Positions 53,590-64,000 of a stretch of 64,000 bases of DNA are shown one piece after another (position 1 is the first letter of the stretch; every line of letters starts with the position of its first letter). The notes beneath the pieces were generated by a model. It saw nothing but the letters and a program-made list of their open reading frames with translations, ran no database searches and had not been told where the DNA came from. Origin of the DNA: Zygnema circumcarinatum SAG 698-1b. Lineage: Eukaryota > Plantae > Zygnematophyceae. Where the stretch lies: positions 1,488,001 to 1,552,000 of the forward strand of contig CM074821.1 in assembly GCA_037447605.1 (NCBI GenBank), given 5' to 3'. The position numbers and the translations under genes were made by a program.

Positions 53590-56500
53590 TGTTAGTGTAT
53601 AGTAGTTAGTCACTAGACAAGTTGTTGTTGGGACATTAGTTTTGTGTGCGTGTGTTGTGTGTGTGGCCCTTGGCGGCGATGTGCGCCTAGACCGACGGGC
53701 GGCGGTACGGACTTTGGTCGGTGGAGAGGCGCGGCGCGGCGGAGTCAGAATTGACNNNNNNNNNNTATTAAGGAGTTTTAGAGCCAGGAGCTTTCTCCTA
53801 TTCATTTCTCTCTGTTATTCCGCTGTGCATTATTTGCTGTGATTCACTTTGTGAGTAAAATGGGCTATGAGTGAATGTGAGAGATTTGAAGATGTCATCG
53901 TCGATTGGAACGCGAACTCCGATGGAGGGTGACCCGAATGGAGGAACGGACGGTAGCAGTGGAGGAGTCCCTCCACCAACAAGTGGTATCAGAGCTCATG
54001 GAGACTCGGAGGACCACGTCAAGTTCAGCATTCCGGTCTTTGATGGGCAGGATTACAAGGCGTGGAGATGGAGGTTGGGGTTCCCACTTGTTAGCAAAGG
54101 GTTGCCCAGGTATGTTGATGAGGCAGGAGTTACGGTTGAGCCTGGCGGGCGGCGGTCCGAGATGCGGCGTGGCGCTGCGCCGCGATGAAGCCAAGGACAA
54201 CAAGGCCACGGCGCGGTGTAATGGCGTAAGAGAATCCGTCCTCATGCTTTATGATCACGAAGACCTCTCATGCCATGTGGAGATGCTTAAAGGACATGTA
54301 AGATCTAAAAGACAATCTGACGATCGACAGTCTTAACACGCAGCTAGGCAAGATGAAGATGACTTCAGATGAGAAACTAGAAGCTTATATGGTCAGGTTT
54401 GATGCTCTGATGGAGAGGTTCATAGCCCTTGGGAAACCATTAGAAATGGAGACCGTAAGATAAGCCCGGTTTCTGGGGGTTTGACGTGGAGTTCGGTATG
54501 TGGCGGTGGCGGCTTTGAGACGATCGACTAATACGCGATGACTCTTGAGCAAGTCAGCGTAGGATAAAGGAGGAGGACTCACATTAGGGATAATGCGGCA
54601 GCCACGAGAGAGAAGTGCTAGCGTTTTTCGACGAATGAAGAGGGAGGCGCGAAGTCGGCCGAGGGAAGGCGGCTACGGCGATTACGTGTTATCGTGTGGC
54701 AAGATAAGCCACTACTCCGGTTGCTTTAAAAACGAGAAGCGTGAAGGAGGAAAGCGACTTCATCGGCAAGAAGGAGAAGAAGCGTTGATGGCACTTGCTT
54801 CAAATGCAAGAAGAGAGGCCACAGGAGTTCAGACTGCAAGGTAGCAGTTGAGAACAACCTCATGCTGGTGGAGAATACTGAGAATGCGTTTGTGGGAAGG
54901 ATTCAGGAAGAGAATCCGAAGCGGCTGTGGCTGATTGATTCCGGCGCTTCTACGCATATGTGCGGAGACACATCGATGTTCTCCAAGCTGGCGACTTGGA
55001 GACACGCTCGATCCATTGACAGCGGTGAAGAGTCATTGTGGCGAGAGGTGGGAGCGTGGATGATCTTTGCGAGGCGGCGCTCGGTCTCCAATGAAGACAT
55101 ACAAGAGAAGTTGTCAATTGGTGACGTTCTTCACACCCCTGAGCTAAAGCAGAATTTCATGTCTGTTAGCCAAGTGTGTAAGAAAGGATACAGTATTCTG
55201 TTTGAGGAGAAGTCATGCGTGGCCATCCATACAGAAACTGGGAGACAGTTGTTTAAGGGTTATGAGAGAGGAGGGCTGTATTATCTTGATTACAAGAGGG
55301 AGAATTATGAGCATGCCAATGCAATCTCAGAGAATGCCGTAGATGTATGGCATAGAAGAATTGGTCACTTACACCATAGAGGGATGCAGCAGTTGGCTGA
55401 GAAGGGGTTAGTCCGTGGGCTAGACCCGGGTGTAGTGGAGAAGGAGCTTGGGAGTTTGTGCGGGGGTGTGTGGAGGGGCAAGGCGCACGGGGGCCATTAG
55501 GTGAGGGAGTGAGCGAGGTCTATAGAACGCGAGAGAAAAGTTGGAATTGAGTACGTTTCGACATTGTGGCGATTACACCGGCGACCTTTGGCCCGGAGCA
55601 CGTTACCCCGTCCGCGTTCCTCGGCGATTACTCGGCGAGAGGTGGGATTCTGGCTCCTCAAGAATTAAATTGAGGAGAGCTTTGAACTGCTGAGATTTGA
55701 ACGAGGCGGAGGCGAGGCTCGGGGCGAAGGCGAAGGCTTTGCTTCCAGTGGCGGCAAATTCAAATCGAAGGAGTTCGCAGGGTTCCTGAAGAACCGCGGT
55801 ATAAGGCATGAATTCCTTGCCCCCTATTCCCCTCAGAGCAATGGAGCAGCTGAGCGAGTGAACAAGACATTGGGGGACATGGCTCGGACCATGTTGATTG
55901 ATTCCCCTTTCCAGCTTCTTTTTGGGGAGAAGCGGTTTCTCTTGGCGTGAAAGCGGTCATCGAATGTACGTTACGAAAGACGAGTCCACGAAATGTGGGT
56001 GGGAGAGGAAGCCACGGTTTCCCACTGAGGACCTTTGGCAGCGATCTTTGGGCTTACGCGCTTGAAGCGGCGAAGAAAAGTTTGACCCGGCGGTGGAGGG
56101 TTATGATACCGGCTATAACACCTGCGGCCAGCGGCGTATAGGAGTAATGGAACCGCCTTGAGCTGCGGGAGGTCGACACGAGGGACATTACAGTTGATAA
56201 GGAAGTCTTGTGGCGTGTTCGCAGAACTCAGATCTTTCTCAGCAGCGGATTTGAAGATGCGTGTATGAGGAGAGGGGAAGACGAAGTGGAAAGCGTGATG
56301 TCGCATGCGGGGATACTAGCGCATCCGCGAGTGAAGAGCGAGCGGCGAGCTGTGTCAGCGAGCGGTGATGTTGGAGGGGAAGTCGCGGAAGGAAGCGCGT
56401 GCGGAGAACGCGAGGTGGCGGAGGCGATTCGATCGCACTCGGTTAGTGAGAAGAGAACTCCGTGGAGGCAGTGCTTGGCTAGCGTAGCGCAAAGTCAGAA

Positions 56501-58571
56501 GGACAAGCGGCGAGAGAGAAGGCTATGTTAATTTAACATGCCTCTCCGGGTTTTATGCGGACTCTACTTATCCGAGAGGGCCGAAGCGCGAAGAGATTGG
56601 GCTTACATTCGGGGCGAGGCGACGGTCGATGCTGCGCACGAGAACAACCTCGTCGAAAAGAGTACGCCCGGTGGTGACACCATTAGGGGTGCCCATTGCT
56701 TTATGATCGCAAAGAACCCGCGAGACCTTTGAGAAGCCTTGCAGCGGAGTGCGATGGCGGCAATGGCGAGTAGCGTCGATAGCGAAGTGGGGCGAGCGAT
56801 AGAAACGGCAACGTGGAAGTTGGAGGCTGCTTACCGAGGAAGCGAGCTATTGGTACATAATGGAGTCTTCAAAGTCGAAGAGGCGAGGCGGAGCGTGGAG
56901 CGGTCTGGCCTTGGTAGTGGCGAAGAGGATGCAGCCAGTATGGGTTGGCTACGTGGAGAGCTTTTACTCCGTGGTAAGTTCAACTCTTGAAACCTTGATT
57001 TCCATAGCGGCGAAAGGAATGCATGTCCGTCAATTTGGAGCGTGAAACTGGCATTCTATGCGAGGAATCTAACGGAAGATCTATATGGGCGGCGGAGGAA
57101 AGGTGGTCGAAGGAACACCTGATACGTAAACTAGTAGAAGAGCCTATATGGTTTGAAGCGGCCCGAGTAATGCGAGAAGATAGATGATCTTACGAGGAGG
57201 AATGGATTTGACGATTGAAGCAGTCATTCGATGCCGTGAGGCGGACATCGTATTGTCCGGGATCGTTGATGATCTCACCGTAATGGTGGCCTCTGCAGCA
57301 GAAAGAATCGATTCCTTGAAAGAGTTGCTTCAAGCAAATTTCAAGATGTCAGATTTGGGTGAGGCGCAGTATCTGCTTGGGATGCAGCTGAAGAGGGGGC
57401 AAGATGGCAGCTTATTCTTGTGTCAGAAGAAGTATGCATCAGATGTTCTTACTTGAGTTCCATGGAAGATTCTAGGCGATGCTCGGCCGATGGAGATAGG
57501 CTAGGTGTGAAGGAGATGTAAGCGCCAGTGCGGCGAGCCTGAAGATATTCGATTATGCCTTACAGTGCTGCAATTGGGAGTCTGATGTACCTGATGATTG
57601 GAGCAGCGTCGGTCGGCGATGAGCACCGAGCGACAGCCGGTCGCTATTGGAGAGAATCAGGAACTCAGCATTGGGAAGTAAAGGATATTGAATATGTGAG
57701 AGGGCAGCTTGATTATAGGATGAGTATGAAGGGGAGGCCCAGCAGAGTGATTAGCTATCGATTTCAGTTAGAAGTGATGTAGATCTGTCCTTGTTCGACT
57801 TAATTTCATTACACATGGAGGTGGAGCGATTCGTAGGCTCCAAGTTACTTGAGAACTTCGGTAGCGTTATCGATGCGAGGAAGGCGGAAATACATGGAGT
57901 CTTTGTCATCTTTGCAAAAGGAGGGCGTGTGTGGTTTTGGCCGGTTCTTTGATGAATGCAAGAGAGAACAACGCCCAATTACCTTGTTCACCGATAATCA
58001 ATCATCAATTGCCTTGGTGGGAAACCCGGTGTTTCACAAGCGGACCAAGCACATCAGAGTGCAGTACCATTATGTACGGGAGTTGGTCGAGGAGGGTTTG
58101 ATTGATGTGAAGTTCGTAGGCACGAAGGAGCAAGCCGCAGATATGCTGACGAAAGGAGTTAGCGGAGAAACCCTGCTAGTGAATGGCAGGTTGGTTGGGC
58201 TGGGGCTTATGCAAAACTAAAGTCCCAAAGAGGGGGATTGTTAGTGTATAGTAGTTAGTCACTAGACAAGTTGTTGTTGGGACATTAGTTTTGTGTGCGT
58301 GTGTTGTGTGTGGCCCTTGGCGGCGATGTGCGCCTAGTCCGACGAGCGGCGGTNNNNNNNNNNAGTTTTAGAGCCAGGAGCTTTCTCCTATTCATTTCTC
58401 TCTGTTATTCCGCTGTGCATTATTTGCTGTGATTCACTTTGTGAGTAAAATGGGCTATGAGTGAATGTGAGAGATTTGAAGATGTCATCGTCGATTGGAA
58501 CGCGAACTCCGATGGAGGGTGACCCGAATGGAGGAACGGACGGTAGCAGTGGAGGAGTCCCTCCACCAACA
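53590..58571 (+). mobile_element. Full-length Ty1/copia LTR retrotransposon with disrupted gag-pol
   Basis: LTRs 53590-53981 and 58239-58571 (TG...CA); PBS TGGTATCAGAGC (tRNA-iMet) 53984-53995; PPT aaagagggggat. Domains: gag FDGQDYKAWRWR, protease WLIDSGASTHMCG, WHRRIGH, integrase PYSPQSNGAAER.NKTL (frameshifted), RNase H TDNQSSIAL..NPVFHKRTKHI..YHYVRE. Confidence 0.95.
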
Positions 58572-58579
58572 GATTTCAC

Positions 58580-58950
58580 GATAGTGGGGCCATCAAATAA
58601 ACTTGGACGAAGTGAACATGGGGAACCACGAGAAACTGGTCGCAAAAGACCTAAGCACAAAATAAAAAAACTAGGAGTAAAAAACTAAAATAAAAAACTA
58701 AACTAAAGTAGGCCTAAGCGCAAAAACCCAGCTCTAAAAGCAACCGTGAAGGTCACCTATGTGGGGCAACCGTTACTCTTCGTTTTGGGGTTAGCATCGT
58801 AGACCCCCTATTTAAGGCAAGTTCTTAAGTTCCAACATAGGGGGGTGAAATATCCAAAACAGGGGGCGGGATAACCAACACAGGAGAGCAGAACATCAAA
58901 AGGGGGGTGGGATATCCAAAATGGGGGAGTTCAGTATCATTCTCCTTTTT
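58580..58950. repeat. Dispersed repeat homologous to 15840-16050 and, in its core, to about 19085-19190 and 19540-19625; ends in a TA-flanked TIR-like sequence
   Basis: Shared catggggaaccacgag..ctggtcgcaaaagacctaag core. The end gatatccaaaatgggggagttcag|ta resembles the 11636 terminus. Confidence 0.55.
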
Positions 58951-59139
58951 TATTTTGTTGACAGAGAGCCCGACAAGGGGCGCCAGGTGGCGACGCGGAA
59001 CTGGTCCACGTAAGCCCTAATGTGACCGTACAAGCTTCCTGCCGTTGACTCTAGCGCGACACGTGTACGTCGAGTCGATTGCTTACGTGGCGCGCCTCGA
59101 CTCCCCGTCCTGAACACTGAACCCGAACTACTTTGAAAC

Positions 59140-59252
59140 TGTCGCGCTCAGAACTCTGAACCCCGACCCTGAACCCTATGCCCTGAACCCTAAACCTTCA
59201 ACTCTAAACCCTGAACCTCGTACGCTGAACCTTAAGCCCTGAACCCTAAACT
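59140..59252 (+). promoter_or_regulatory. Telo-box-like (AACCCTA/AACCCTG) cluster immediately upstream of the small gene
   Basis: Repeated ccctgaaccctaaac; telo-boxes are known plant promoter and 5'UTR elements. Confidence 0.4.
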
Positions 59253-59269
59253 CTGTCCACGCGGGCGCC

Positions 59270-61323
59270 ATGCCCTCCAACCGCGGGTCGGCTGCCGAGC
59301 GCGCGTGGTCCCACGTGCGGCGCGCCATGGGCGGCGTGCGGGGGCGCGAGAACGCCGCCGCGTGGCTGGTGGCCGGCGGGGCCGCGTACCTCCTCTGGGG
59401 GCGGCCCGAGCAGCGCGCGCGGGAGGACCGGGAGGTGGGCGGAGGGGCGGGCGCAGGGGGGAGGGGGGAGGGTTTAGGGATATTGGGGAAGGTCTAGGGG
59501 GCAGGGTCTAGGGGTCAGGGTCTACGGGGTAGGGTCGAGGGTCTAGGCGGTAGGGTCTACGTGGCAGGCTCTAGGGAGCAGGGTCTAGGGTCTAGGGTCT
59601 AGGGGTCAGTGTCTACGGGGTAGGGTCGAAGGTCTAGGCGGCAGGGTCTAGGGGGCAGGGTCTAGGGGGTAGGGTCTAGGGGACAGGGTATAGTGTCTAG
59701 GGGGCAGGGTCTAGGGGGTAGGGTCTAGGGGACAGGGTATAGTGTCTAGGGGGCAGGGTCTAGGGGGTAGGGTCTAGGGGACAGGGTATAGTGTCTAGGG
59801 GGCAGGGTCTAGGGGGTAGGGTCTAGGGGACAGGGTATAGTGTCTAGGCGGTAGGGTCTAGGGGGCAGGCGGTAGGGTCTAGGGAGTAGGGGGTAGGGTC
59901 TAGCGGGTAGGGGTTAGGGTTTAGGGGGCAGAGGGCAAGGTCTAGGGGGTAGGGTCTAGGTGGCAGGGTCTAGGGGGCAGGGGGTAGGGTCTAGGTGGCA
60001 GGGTCTAGGGGGCAGGGGTAGGGTCTAGCGGGTAGGGGTTAGGGTTTAGGGGGCAGAGGGCAAGGTCTAGGGGGTAGGGTCTAGGTGGCAGGGTCTAGGG
60101 GGCAGGGGATAGGGTCTAGGCGGTAGGGTATAGGGGATAGGGTCTAGGTGTTAGGAGTTAGGGGGTTGAGTTTAGGGTGTAAGGGGTAGGGGGCAGGGGT
60201 TAGGGTTTAGGGGCTAGGGGCTATGGTGTAGGGTTTGGGGTCTAAGGGGTAGGTGATAGGGGCTAGGGTTTAATAAATTTGTTAAGTTCATTCATGAATT
60301 AGGAAAACAGCTAACTCATTTTTATACATTTCCCTCCCCACAAACCCCACCATCCCTCCCCGGATCCTCATACTCTCTCCTTTTCCCCTCCTCGTTATGA
60401 CGAGGTTTCAGACGTTTGAGGGGATTAAAGGTTTTGGGATTGCATAAGAGTTCTAGGGTCGTTTGAATTTTTTTATGTATCTGAGGGTTTCTCGGTTCTT
60501 TGGTTCTTAAAATTTAGTGTTTAATGAATGCATATTGACCATTCACGGTTTGGGGTTCAGGCTCGCGCGCTGCTCAGTCAAGAGGAGGACCGTCATCGCT
60601 ACGTGGAGAGAACGCGGCCGACACCGGATCCGCAGGTTTTTTCTCTCTCTCCCTCCTTTCCTCCTCCCATAAACATGACTTCAAGTAAAAAGGGAAAAAG
60701 TTGAGGCCGCTAGTCTCTCCCCCCCCTTTTCCTTTCCGTCCCCCACTCTCTCCTCCGCCATATCTATTGTCTATTGTCTTTCATTCCTTCTCTCTCAACT
60801 TCCGTCTCTCATCAGCAATTAGTCCCCATTTGGAAGGAGCAAAGCCGTTTGCTCGTCCCATTTCCATCCTCTCGCTTTCTGCAACCTTTTCCCCTCCCCT
60901 TGCCTCCTTCCCCCCCCTTCCCCCCCCCGCGTCCTGCAGCCCGTTCCCTCCCCCCTCCCCTCCCCTCCCCTCCTCTCCCCTCCCCTNNNNNNNNNNCCCC
61001 CCCCTTCCCCCCTCCCAACTCCCAACTTCCCCCTCCCTCTCCCTCTCCCTCCCCCTCCCCCATCCCCCCTCCCCATCCCTCTCCCTCTTTCTCCCTTCTC
61101 CCTGCTCCCTTCTCGCTTCTCTCGTCTTTCTTCTCCCCTTCTCCCCTTTTCCCCCTCTCCCCCTTTCCCCCTTTCCCCCTTTCCCCCTCTCCCCCTCAAC
61201 CCCCCTCTGCCCTGAGAAGTATTCGGTCATTGTGACCTGCCCACGCTCGTGCTCTCATGGTGTGAACAGGAAACCGGGTTGATACGAGGCAGCGCAAAGG
61301 TGACCAGGGAGACTCCGTCATAG
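59270..61323 (+). CDS. 97-aa single-TM protein of a conserved, uncharacterised plant family, 3 exons
   Basis: Exons 59270-59434, 60561-60635, 61270-61323, all phase 0: MPSNR...MGGVRGRENAAAWLVAGGAAYLLWGRPE..|ARALLSQEEDRHRYVERTRPTPDPQ|ETGLIRGSAK..*. Resembles a recalled land-plant motif MGGxRG..N.A.W.VAG.LAY.LW.KP...RYVEKRKPIPDPQ.TGLIYG. Confidence 0.8.
59460..60270. repeat. Telomere-variant minisatellite (AGGGTCT-AGGGGGC/T type units) filling intron 1 of the small gene
   Basis: Dozens of tagggtctagggggc units with occasional TTTAGGG; runs of three or more G every 7 bp or so. Confidence 0.9.
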
Positions 61324-62454
61324 GTCAATCCGATAGCTTACCAACTAGAAAAAGCAAGAAGCTCCGAAAAATATGGGCATTCGGGGGGGGAAACTAGTTT
61401 TTGTTTTGTAAAGAATGGAGTCTCGTGACAGCATTGGTTTAGCCGAGTCATCTATGGATTACCTTTTTTTCTGTTCAATTCGAACCACTGACTAGATTTT
61501 GTACTTTCATTTATCACGTGTCCCCGATTGTAAATAGAAGTGGGGGTGATATGTTCTGATGTCTTGGACATCTATTGTTAACCTTACATTAGGGCTGAAT
61601 GTTTGTCTGTCTGTCCATCCGTCTGTCTGCCTGTCTGTGTCGAACCTAAGAAATAAGAGTTCTGTTCACATCTCGACGATTTGGATATGTCTCTGTACCC
61701 CACACAAGCATTTTCGTATGGCCTTTATTAACAAACCAAAAACCGTGAAAAAACAGATTCATTTGAAGCATAAACTCCAAAATCATTCAAAAACAAATTA
61801 CAAGCGGAATGATTCGCACGCACACGGCCGTATCATCTTCCCGTGTGGCTTGAATAATTTTTACAAATGCTTTTAAAAAGGGCAAGACTAGAATGGAAAA
61901 TAGTTACAACCCCATACAGGTTGTCCTGCAATTGTATAGACTGTACAACCACTCCTAACCTCCGCCCCCCCTCTAACTTCAATTACGTGCAGATTACTAC
62001 AAATGTAATGCTTAATCGTACAAGCGGATCACAATTGCTTATGCCTTCGGCAAAGCAAAAAATTAAGGGGGGGGAAGGGAAGGGGAGACGGGGGAGGGAG
62101 GGGAGAGGAGGAGAGGGGGGGGAAGGAATGAGAGATAGAGAGAAAGAGAGATGGGGGTAAAGATAGAGAGACGGGGATACAGAGTGAGGGGATAACGAGA
62201 GAGAGAGAGAGAGAGAGAAGACGGGGAGGTAGAGTGGGAGCATAATTCACATACAATTGGAGCAGGTTCTGGAATGTGTGCCCGTGCGAGTCGTCAGACT
62301 GGAGCGTTTACATGAGACAGTACAAGCAAAAACAAAAAACTGCTACGGATCATGTACATTTTCAATAGGGGGATGGGGGGAACAGTGTCCCAGCTACAAA
62401 CTAAAACTGTGCTCGCTTTTTCTCGCGAACTCTCTTACTCCCTCACACTCTCTC

Positions 62455-62507
<53 letters not shown>

Positions 62508-62577
62508 TCAGTCCGTTCACACTCCTCTCACCCCCACTACCCCACGAACAGAATAGAAGGAGGAAGCAACTACTAAC

Positions 62578-64000
62578 TCAATGAGACTCTGCTTCGTTAT
62601 CTGAAGACAGGTCGATAAAAAATTGGGCGGAGGACACACCTTCCTTCGGCCCACGATCTTTTTTCTCTTGGAGTTCCCCAAAAATAGTGTCTATTTTTCC
62701 CCATCTTCCGTTGCTTCTACGTACATCAGGAGCTCCTTGTATACTTTCGTATTTCCGTTCTGGCAATTCTCTCCTGTCTCCTTTGTCTCCGTCCTCCCGC
62801 TTCTCCTTCACCTTTACCTCTCCTTCCAACTCCTTCACACCATCTCCACCCTCTCCCACCTTTATATTGGGGATTAAAGGGACCGACTCCTCTATCGATA
62901 CATTATCTTTTGAACCGAACTGCTTTCTACTCTCCCGTCCGTCAAACGCGTTCTCTGAATTCGAAAAAATATCCAAAAGACTTCGACGTTTTTCCCCACT
63001 TTTACTTTCAGCTCCTTTATCCGCATCTCTATGCTTTTTTTTTGTATTCACAGGTCGTTCCATACTCTTCTTCTGGAGGCTCGTTTCCTCGTCAGAATGA
63101 GGGAGCAAGCTGGAGGAGAGAGTGAGCTCTACTTCACCTTCACCATTTCTAGTTTCGCTTGCATTATCGGATGCAGAAAAACTCTTTCTCCGTACATAAA
63201 CTGAATTTCCTGGCCTCCTCCTTGGAACCTCCATATTGTATGAAGGAACTGAATGCTGTTCGGAATCATCCATTCTCACTGATTCCTTAATTGGAGTATC
63301 AAGACAGATAGGATAAGTTTGTGAAGAAAGAAATTTCTCTAACGACCCTCTTCTCCTTCTCTCTCTCACCTCCTTACGCCTTTCCCCTATCTCAGTAAAC
63401 CTCAAGTTCGTGTTAAGTCTGCCTTTCGTTTTCCTCTCTTCCTCGCTCTCTCCCTCCTTTTCCTTTTCTCTCTCTCTTTCCCTGTTCCGCCCTCTCTCTC
63501 CCACTACACCTACCTTTTCTTCTTCACCGTTCTTCCCCTCTACGTCTGCTCCCCTCTCTCCCTCGCTGTCCACCTCTCCGCCTACATCATCGTCATTCAA
63601 AATCACACGTCTCATTAAAGCAAGTTTTGATTGCTTATAGCACTGTGGTCTTCCCTTCGCACAAACCATCAAAGCATCCTCCTGAGTGAAAAAAATCCTT
63701 TTTTTATCGTCCGTAGCTCCAAAATTCTTGTCTTCTCTCCCATCCTTCCTGACATTATCATCCCTCTTCCTTGTCAAACTGAATCCACCTGTTGAAAGCA
63801 CAGGTGATATTTGTCCTTTTCTGGAAACGTTCACAGTAAGAGGCGGAGAAAAACTACGCCTTCTCTCTTCCTCCGCCCTCTCACTCCTGTTTCCTCTCTC
63901 TCTCTCCCAGTCCAACGGCCTCTCCCTCCCCCTTTCCTTCACTCTTTCCATCTTCATGTCGTCCTGCTTTTCCCTCTCTATTTCCCTCTCTCTTCCGTTG
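62578..64000 (-). CDS. Large, probably terminal exon of an unknown gene; charged and disordered, open to the window edge
   Basis: More than 470 stop-free codons, mostly non-repetitive; ends FFIDLSSDNEAESH*. No recognisable folded domain. Confidence 0.6.
   Translation of the reverse strand, partial: NGREREIEREKQDDMKMERVKERGRERPLDWERERGNRSERAEEERRRSFSPPLTVNVSRKGQISPVLSTGGFSLTRKRDDNVRKDGREDKNFGATDDKKRIFFTQEDALMVCAKGRPQCYKQSKLALMRRVILNDDDVGGEVDSEGERGADVEGKNGEEEKVGVVGERGRNREREREKEKEGESEEERKTKGRLNTNLRFTEIGERRKEVRERRRRGSLEKFLSSQTYPICLDTPIKESVRMDDSEQHSVPSYNMEVPRRRPGNSVYVRRKSFSASDNASETRNGEGEVELTLSSSLLPHSDEETSLQKKSMERPVNTKKKHRDADKGAESKSGEKRRSLLDIFSNSENAFDGRESRKQFGSKDNVSIEESVPLIPNIKVGEGGDGVKELEGEVKVKEKREDGDKGDRRELPERKYESIQGAPDVRRSNGRWGKIDTIFGELQEKKDRGPKEGVSSAQFFIDLSSDNEAESH

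Overview
Eukaryotic nuclear DNA from a draft assembly, with 100-N gaps at 6666-6765, 13268-13367, 20167-20266 and 38770-38869 and many 10-N gaps. A GAPB gene with a CP12-like tail, TTTAGGG-type repeats and plant-type gene families point to a streptophyte, probably an alga (inference). I reconstructed these genes by hand from splice signals and protein motifs: the 3' part of a HRQ1 helicase (16 exons), two GT14 (GlcAT14-like) glycosyltransferases, a SUB1/O-fucosyltransferase-like type II membrane gene between them, tRNA-Ala(UGC), an EDR4/DUF3133-like zinc-ribbon gene, an RCC1-repeat gene, GAPB, a 97-aa conserved small membrane protein, and a large terminal exon of an unknown gene. Mobile DNA includes a full-length decayed Ty1/copia, a partial Ty3/gypsy, a PIF/Harbinger transposase fragment and two families of non-autonomous palindromic DNA transposons: one TA-flanked with CAG(T) ends, one with 8-bp TSDs and GG ends. 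These two families nest inside each other up to three levels deep. Most long ORFs in the supplied track are artefacts of GA/CT low-complexity introns. Main leads are the nested foldback transposon system, a 10-unit palindromic array in a predicted 5'UTR intron of GAPB, 4 predicted GC-AG introns among about 50, an exon-2-only homogenisation between the two GT14 paralogues, and an in-frame poly-Gly exitron candidate. Several apparent frameshifts sit next to homopolymer tracts and may be sequencing errors. No database searches were run; family calls rest on recalled motifs.
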